Part shown: positions 59,401-64,000 of the stretch, one piece after another
How the letters are laid out: the number at the start of each line of letters is the position of its first letter
Position numbering within the stretch: position 1 is the stretch's first letter
Source of the DNA: Archaeoglobaceae archaeon
GTDB taxonomy: Archaea; Halobacteriota; Archaeoglobi; Archaeoglobales; Archaeoglobaceae
Direction of reading: 5' to 3'
NCBI GenBank assembly: GCA_038893835.1
Contig: JAWAQR010000002.1
Span: 44,235-108,234, forward strand
Length of the DNA stretch: 64,000 nucleotides
Program-made: the position numbers and the translations under genes
Notes under the pieces: model-generated
The model's database searches: none
What the model saw: only the letters and a program-made list of their open reading frames with translations
Told to the model about the DNA's origin: nothing

Positions 59401-60561
59401 ATGGTAAATGAAGGCAGAAGAGATTTTCTAAAAATTGCAGTAGCAGGAATTGTCGGAATTACAATTGGCGGCATTTCTGGATTCTTCCTTGGTTCTTCGG
59501 TGTCCAGAAAGAGAATTGAAGAGCTAGAAAGTGAAATTAGAAAGCTGGAAACAATGGTTCAGGCACCATTGGAAAATGAGTTGAGAGTTTGGAACTGGTC
59601 TTATTATATCAACGAGGCGCTACTGGATTTGTTCTCAGAAGAAACCGGAATTCCAAGAGAAAGAATTGTTTACGACGAGTTTGAAGATCCAAATTACGTA
59701 CTCGCAAAACTCGAAGCTGGGGGGAGTGGATACGACGTTGTTATACTTCCGGGTTACTGTGTTGAAATAGCGATAAGGAAGAGGCTTTTGATGGAAATTG
59801 ATAAAAAGCTAATTCCAAATGCAAAGTTCGTGGATAAGAGATTTCTAAACCCACCATATGATCCTGAGGGAAAGTACAGCATAACTTACATGTGGGGATC
59901 CACAGGCTTTGCTTGGAGAGAAGAGGTCGCGGAAGGAGTAACAACTTTAAGGCAGATCTTTGATCCAGATTATGGATTTCTTAAAAAGTATAGAAAGAAG
60001 ATAACAATGCTTGAGGAGCCTATGGAAGTTATAAATTTCGCAAAAGCGTATCTTGGAAAAGATCCAAACGACTGGAGCGATAAGACGTTGGAAGAAGTTA
60101 AGGAAGTTTTGATAAGGCAAAAACCTTATCTAGCAGGCTATGCTGGGGCAGAGAAATATTACCCGGGGCTGAAAATGGGTACTATTTACGTTGCCCAAGC
60201 GTACAATGGAGACATAGCAAGGCTAAGGGAAGAGTATAGCAAAATCAACTACGGGATCCCTGAAGAGGGTGGAACGATTTGGACAGACAACTTCTGCATC
60301 CCAAAGGATGCCCCACACAAAAACTCTGCCCATGCGTTTATAAACTTCCTCCTAGACCCTACGGTTGCTGCTGTGAACTCGAAGTATATAAAATATGCAA
60401 ATCCAATAACAATTTCCTGGCAGTTTATTGAAGAACTTCTCGAAGACCCTGTTGTTTATCCGCCAGAAAACGTTCTTAAAAGAATGTGGCTCGAACCATC
60501 TATCAGCGACGAAGTTAGGAGAAAAATAGGAGACCTAATGCTGGAAGTCAAAGCAGCGTGA
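59401..60561 (+). CDS. potD: Spermidine/putrescine ABC substrate-binding protein with Tat-type N-terminal anchor
   Basis: RRDFLK plus TM; NWSYYI, GYDV, YMWGSTG, PEEGG-IWTDN, FINFLL. Confidence 0.9.
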   Translation: MVNEGRRDFLKIAVAGIVGITIGGISGFFLGSSVSRKRIEELESEIRKLETMVQAPLENELRVWNWSYYINEALLDLFSEETGIPRERIVYDEFEDPNYVLAKLEAGGSGYDVVILPGYCVEIAIRKRLLMEIDKKLIPNAKFVDKRFLNPPYDPEGKYSITYMWGSTGFAWREEVAEGVTTLRQIFDPDYGFLKKYRKKITMLEEPMEVINFAKAYLGKDPNDWSDKTLEEVKEVLIRQKPYLAGYAGAEKYYPGLKMGTIYVAQAYNGDIARLREEYSKINYGIPEEGGTIWTDNFCIPKDAPHKNSAHAFINFLLDPTVAAVNSKYIKYANPITISWQFIEELLEDPVVYPPENVLKRMWLEPSISDEVRRKIGDLMLEVKAA

Positions 60562-60573
60562 ATGAAAAAAATT

Positions 60574-60594
60574 AGTAAAGCTTTTATTCGGAAT
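60574..60594 (+). promoter_or_regulatory. Promoter/operator motif AGTAAAGCTTTTATTCGGAAT, copy 2 (upstream of cytochrome operon)
   Basis: Near-identical to 59365-59385; includes dyad TATTC-G-GAATA. Confidence 0.6.
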
Positions 60595-60629
60595 ACTAGC
60601 GATGGCTCAAGAAACTAAAAGGTGACAAA

Positions 60630-60992
60630 ATGAGACTCAAACTGACTATATTAACTGCTCTCGTCGTCATCTTATTTTTAGGATGCGTTGAGGAGAGAGT
60701 GCAGTTAGTTGCTGAGAAAAACGTCGTTTTTAACTGTCAGTGCCATGAAGAGCCTTGGAAATCTCCGAAACATTATGCAAATGTTACAAGCTGCAAAAGT
60801 TGCCATGGAAACGAAATTCTAGATTATCATAAAAAATTGCCAGACTGGAAGTGGGAGACAGTTGCAGAAGTTTCCTGCACTTTTTGCCACGACCCCTCGT
60901 TGTTGGCAAATCATGATGGGAAATGCGACACCTGCCATAGATCGATTTACTTAACGCACAGCAAATATCTGGAAAAATACGTAAAGAGGTGA
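60630..60992 (+). CDS. Small multiheme cytochrome c lipoprotein (3 CxxCH plus 1 CxCH)
   Basis: Lipobox FLGC; CQCH, CKSCH, CTFCH, CDTCH each followed by a distal His. Confidence 0.85.
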   Translation: MRLKLTILTALVVILFLGCVEERVQLVAEKNVVFNCQCHEEPWKSPKHYANVTSCKSCHGNEILDYHKKLPDWKWETVAEVSCTFCHDPSLLANHDGKCDTCHRSIYLTHSKYLEKYVKR

Positions 60993-60996
60993 ATGT

Positions 60997-61395
60997 ATGA
61001 AGAGAGTCCTAGCATTCTTATTGCTACTAAGCCTTCCATTTCTCTTTTACCCAATAAATGCCGGAAATGCTACAAAAAGCTACACGTGTGATGTTTGTCA
61101 CAGCCATGCAAATGTGTACAAGAGCCATCTGGAGGGAGGGAAATACTGTTCAAAGTGCCATGGAGAGGTTCATCAAATTCACAGTTTCAGCTGCGAGAGC
61201 TGTCATGTTAAAAAACCGTTAACAATATTATGCCATTCCGCCCCAAGCGATGCTGTAATACTCACAACACCAGTTGGGAAAAATTCCGTATGCGAAAACT
61301 GCCACATAAATCTCGTGGAAATACATAAAGGGGATTGCCAGATCTGCCATGTCGAGGACATAAATAAAATACATATAAAGGCAAAGTGGAGGTGA
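60997..61395 (+). CDS. Small exported multiheme cytochrome c (5 CxxCH)
   Basis: Signal peptide; CDVCH, CSKCH, CESCH, CENCH, CQICH and a lone ILCH. Confidence 0.88.
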   Translation: MKRVLAFLLLLSLPFLFYPINAGNATKSYTCDVCHSHANVYKSHLEGGKYCSKCHGEVHQIHSFSCESCHVKKPLTILCHSAPSDAVILTTPVGKNSVCENCHINLVEIHKGDCQICHVEDINKIHIKAKWR

Positions 61396-61399
61396 TCTC

Positions 61400-63340
61400 G
61401 TGCTCGAACTCGTTTACTATGGGTTGCTAATAATAGCATTGGCGATTTTCATCTTTGGAATTAAGAAGAATATAGACTTCGTCAAATCTGGACAAAAGAG
61501 TTCTGAGCCAAGACTTGACAATCTAAGTGAGAGAATAAAGGTCATGTTGAGGGATTCCCTTGCGCTGATAAGGCTTTATAGGAGAGAGAAAAAGATATCC
61601 ATCGCGCATCTTTTGATTCTCTGGGGATTTATAATTCTTTTAATCGATATTCTGGTAATAACAATTTCCTACGCTTTTCCTGAAATCATCAAACAACTTT
61701 ATCTCCCATTCAAATATTCCATGACCGTTGGCGGAGTTCTTTTCACACTCGGATTGATCATCATGGCCGTGAATCGCTACTTGCTCAAACCATCAAGATT
61801 TAGCAAGAAGTACGATGCCAAAGATGACAACATATCCCTGTTAATCCTATTCTTCGCCGCAATCTTTGGGTTCGTCCTCAAAGAGTTCCTCAGATTTTCA
61901 GAGTTCGCAAATAGCTATATAGTGCATATTTTCTGGCTCATACATGCTTTGCTCATTCTAGCCTTTGTAGCATTGATACCGTATTCAAAGCTCATGCACA
62001 TTTTTGCAGCTCCTTTGAGCATATTAACGAAGAGCAATAGACATCCGGGAATCGTAAGACCTCCCCAGCAAAGGGAAGATTATTTAGGGCTTGTAACTAG
62101 AAAAGATTTAACGAAAAGAGATCTTCTTTCCAGCCTTGCTTGCATGAGATGTGGAAGATGCCAAGATGCTTGTCCAGCCTTTAACTCAAGGACTTCACTC
62201 TCTCCAATGTTCCTAATTCAAAATCTGAGAAATGTGGATAAGATAGCGAGTGGAAAAATGAAGATGTTGAAACCTTACGAAGCGAAGGTTGAGGAAGATG
62301 GAGGAGAAGTAAGGGAGGAAAGAGAGAGGACTACAGAGAATGGAGAAGTTAAATTGGTTGGAACTCTACTAGACATGCATGCAGTCTGGGCCTGCACGAC
62401 TTGCAGGGCTTGTATGGAGATGTGTCCAGTTTATATAGAGCAAATGGATATAATAGTGGAAATGCGGAGGGGAATAATAGAAAGCGGCGAGGCTCCGCCG
62501 GATATAAGAGATTTGCTTACAAACATTCAAAAGCAGAAGAATCCATGGGGAGAGGCGAAGTTTAAGAGAGATCAGTGGATGAAGAAAGCTGAAATTCCGG
62601 TAAAGCTTGCCAAAGATGGTGAATTCGAATGGCTATGGTTCGTTGGTTGTGCACATAGCTTTGACAACCGTAATATTCCAATTACTGCAAAGCTTGCAAA
62701 GATATTGAGCGATATTGGGGTGAATTACGCAGTTCTAGGCAGAGAAGAGGGTTGCTGCGGAAATGAGGTTAGAAGAGTTGGAGAAGAGGGGCTTTTCCAG
62801 CTATTGAAGGAAGAAAACATCGCTCAATTTGAAAAGTATGGGGTTAAAAAGATAATTGCAACATCTCCGCACTGCTATAACACTCTGAAGAACGAATACG
62901 AAGGATACGATGTGAAGTTCGTTTTGGAAGTTATCTACGAAGCGATTAAGAGTGGAAAGCTGAAGCTAAGAAAAGAGATCAAGAAAAAGGTGACCTTCCA
63001 CGATCCATGTTATCTTGGTAGATACAACGGAATCTACGAGTTACCGAGGGAGATCTTGAAAGCTATTCCCGGAATTGAATTGGTTGAGATGCCGAGAAAT
63101 AGAAATAGAAGCTTCTGTTGCGGAGCTGGAGGAGGAAATCTAGTCAGAGAATATCCAGGAGAGTATAGACCAAACAATCTTAGAGCAAAAGAGGCAGCTG
63201 ATACCGGAGCCGAGATCTTAGCCGTTGCTTGTCCGTTTTGCATGATAATGCTGGAAGATGGTGTAAAAAGCGAGAAACTAGAAGATAGAATAAAGGTTCT
63301 CGACATAATCGAGCTTGTTTACGAATCTGCTTACGGTTGA
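61400..63340 (+). CDS. Membrane-bound heme b / Fe-S oxidoreductase, HdrE-HdrD fusion type (FadF/EMO-like)
   Basis: Five to six TM with His ligands (IAHLL, LIHAL, KLMHIF); CMRCGRCQDACP, CTTCRACMEMCP; CCG domains GCCGN, FHDPCYLGR, CCGAGGG, ACPFC. Confidence 0.92.
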   Translation: MLELVYYGLLIIALAIFIFGIKKNIDFVKSGQKSSEPRLDNLSERIKVMLRDSLALIRLYRREKKISIAHLLILWGFIILLIDILVITISYAFPEIIKQLYLPFKYSMTVGGVLFTLGLIIMAVNRYLLKPSRFSKKYDAKDDNISLLILFFAAIFGFVLKEFLRFSEFANSYIVHIFWLIHALLILAFVALIPYSKLMHIFAAPLSILTKSNRHPGIVRPPQQREDYLGLVTRKDLTKRDLLSSLACMRCGRCQDACPAFNSRTSLSPMFLIQNLRNVDKIASGKMKMLKPYEAKVEEDGGEVREERERTTENGEVKLVGTLLDMHAVWACTTCRACMEMCPVYIEQMDIIVEMRRGIIESGEAPPDIRDLLTNIQKQKNPWGEAKFKRDQWMKKAEIPVKLAKDGEFEWLWFVGCAHSFDNRNIPITAKLAKILSDIGVNYAVLGREEGCCGNEVRRVGEEGLFQLLKEENIAQFEKYGVKKIIATSPHCYNTLKNEYEGYDVKFVLEVIYEAIKSGKLKLRKEIKKKVTFHDPCYLGRYNGIYELPREILKAIPGIELVEMPRNRNRSFCCGAGGGNLVREYPGEYRPNNLRAKEAADTGAEILAVACPFCMIMLEDGVKSEKLEDRIKVLDIIELVYESAYG

Positions 63341-63692
63341 TCACCTTTCCTCTTTTTCCCTCATTACTTGAGCCTGCGACAACAGTTTTATCCAAATTCT
63401 TCTGAGCAGCATATCTCAAAGCCACAATTGCGTTCACATTTCCATCTTCCAGTGCCTAAAGGGGTTCTTCGGATTCTTTACATCGAATATTTCCACCACA
63501 GTAGTATAAAGAAAGAAACCAGAATTTTGATTCAAGTGTATCAACACTACCTATTCCGAGTGAAGAGTGATAGCATTCTAGGTCTGTGCAAATAAGTGGT
63601 TTGCAGGTAAGGTAATCTGCGCAACCTCTTCCAAAGTATATCAGCAAGTTGTTTTCCGAACTATTCTCATTATAAACGTTTACTCTCTACCC

Positions 63693-63717
63693 ACCCCCCC
63701 TTCATTTCCTGTGGAAG
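63693..63717 (-). other. Origin recognition box (ORB)-like element CTTCCACAGGAAATGAAGGGGGGGT
   Basis: TTCC-ACA-GGAA dyad followed by a G-string, non-coding, next to an AT-rich tract. Confidence 0.7.
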
Positions 63718-63913
63718 TTGAAACTTGGTCTTTTGACTGAAAAAGGAGTTATATATATGATTTAAAAAGCCATTTAGACTTTAAAAAATGGACCAATAGA
63801 ATTTTTCAGAGAGAAAAGACAAAAATTGGCTTTTTAAGAATTAAAAAGTTGATCAAAACTGCTGAGAAAAATTTATTAATATCGTCAAACTTCACTAAAC
63901 TTGAGGCGGCGGG

Positions 63914-64000
63914 GTGAGTGTTGTGATATCGGATAAAGTCGAAATAGAAAAAATCGTGAATCTGATAAAAAAGGAGATAGAAAACTCGGAACTTGCAAAA
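63914..64000 (+). CDS. 5' end of a CDS leaving the window (MSVVISDKVEIEKIVNLIKKEIENSELAK), product unknown
   Basis: GTG start, purine-rich RBS, TATA-like TTTATTAA upstream, open to window end. Confidence 0.6.
   Translation, partial: MSVVISDKVEIEKIVNLIKKEIENSELAK

Noticed and set aside
99-63647. Many antisense or alternative-frame ORFs in the track (e.g. 99-587, 6271-6750, 8713-9246, 39186-39875, 42799-43239)
   Set aside because: Shadows of well-supported genes; Ser/Phe/Ile-rich composition typical of reverse frames in A-rich coding DNA.
1-64000. CRISPR array, cas genes, transposases, integrases, rRNA
   Set aside because: No regularly spaced direct repeats or diagnostic motifs seen by eye.

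Overview
Gene-dense, AT-rich (roughly 38% GC by eye) archaeal chromosomal segment. Gene content and protein sequences point to Archaeoglobi: short Nop5 plus fibrillarin, RFAP synthase, MfnB, ADH synthase, type II GAPDH, Sir2, Alba, MCM, RfcL and an intron-containing tRNA-Trp. Most of it is housekeeping, with about 70 CDS and 6 tRNAs (Thr, Arg, Val, Trp with a box C/D intron, Glu, Lys). No CRISPR array, rRNA, transposase or integrase was seen. Highlights: (1) an operon of two small exported multiheme c-type cytochromes tightly linked to a membrane heme-b/HdrD-type (FadF/EMO-like) oxidoreductase, whose promoter is a 20/21-nt copy of the potD promoter; (2) a Pyrococcus-type ferritin-like/encapsulin fusion gene whose shell half has been deleted and frameshifted, leaving only the cargo domain; (3) a canonical-looking ORB (Orc1/Cdc6 box) with G-string near 63.7 kb, a candidate replication origin; (4) a perfect DtxR-type palindrome over the feoA start; (5) several small ORFs and pseudogenes missed by the ORF track. 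All family assignments come from motif recognition and recalled sequences, not database searches.
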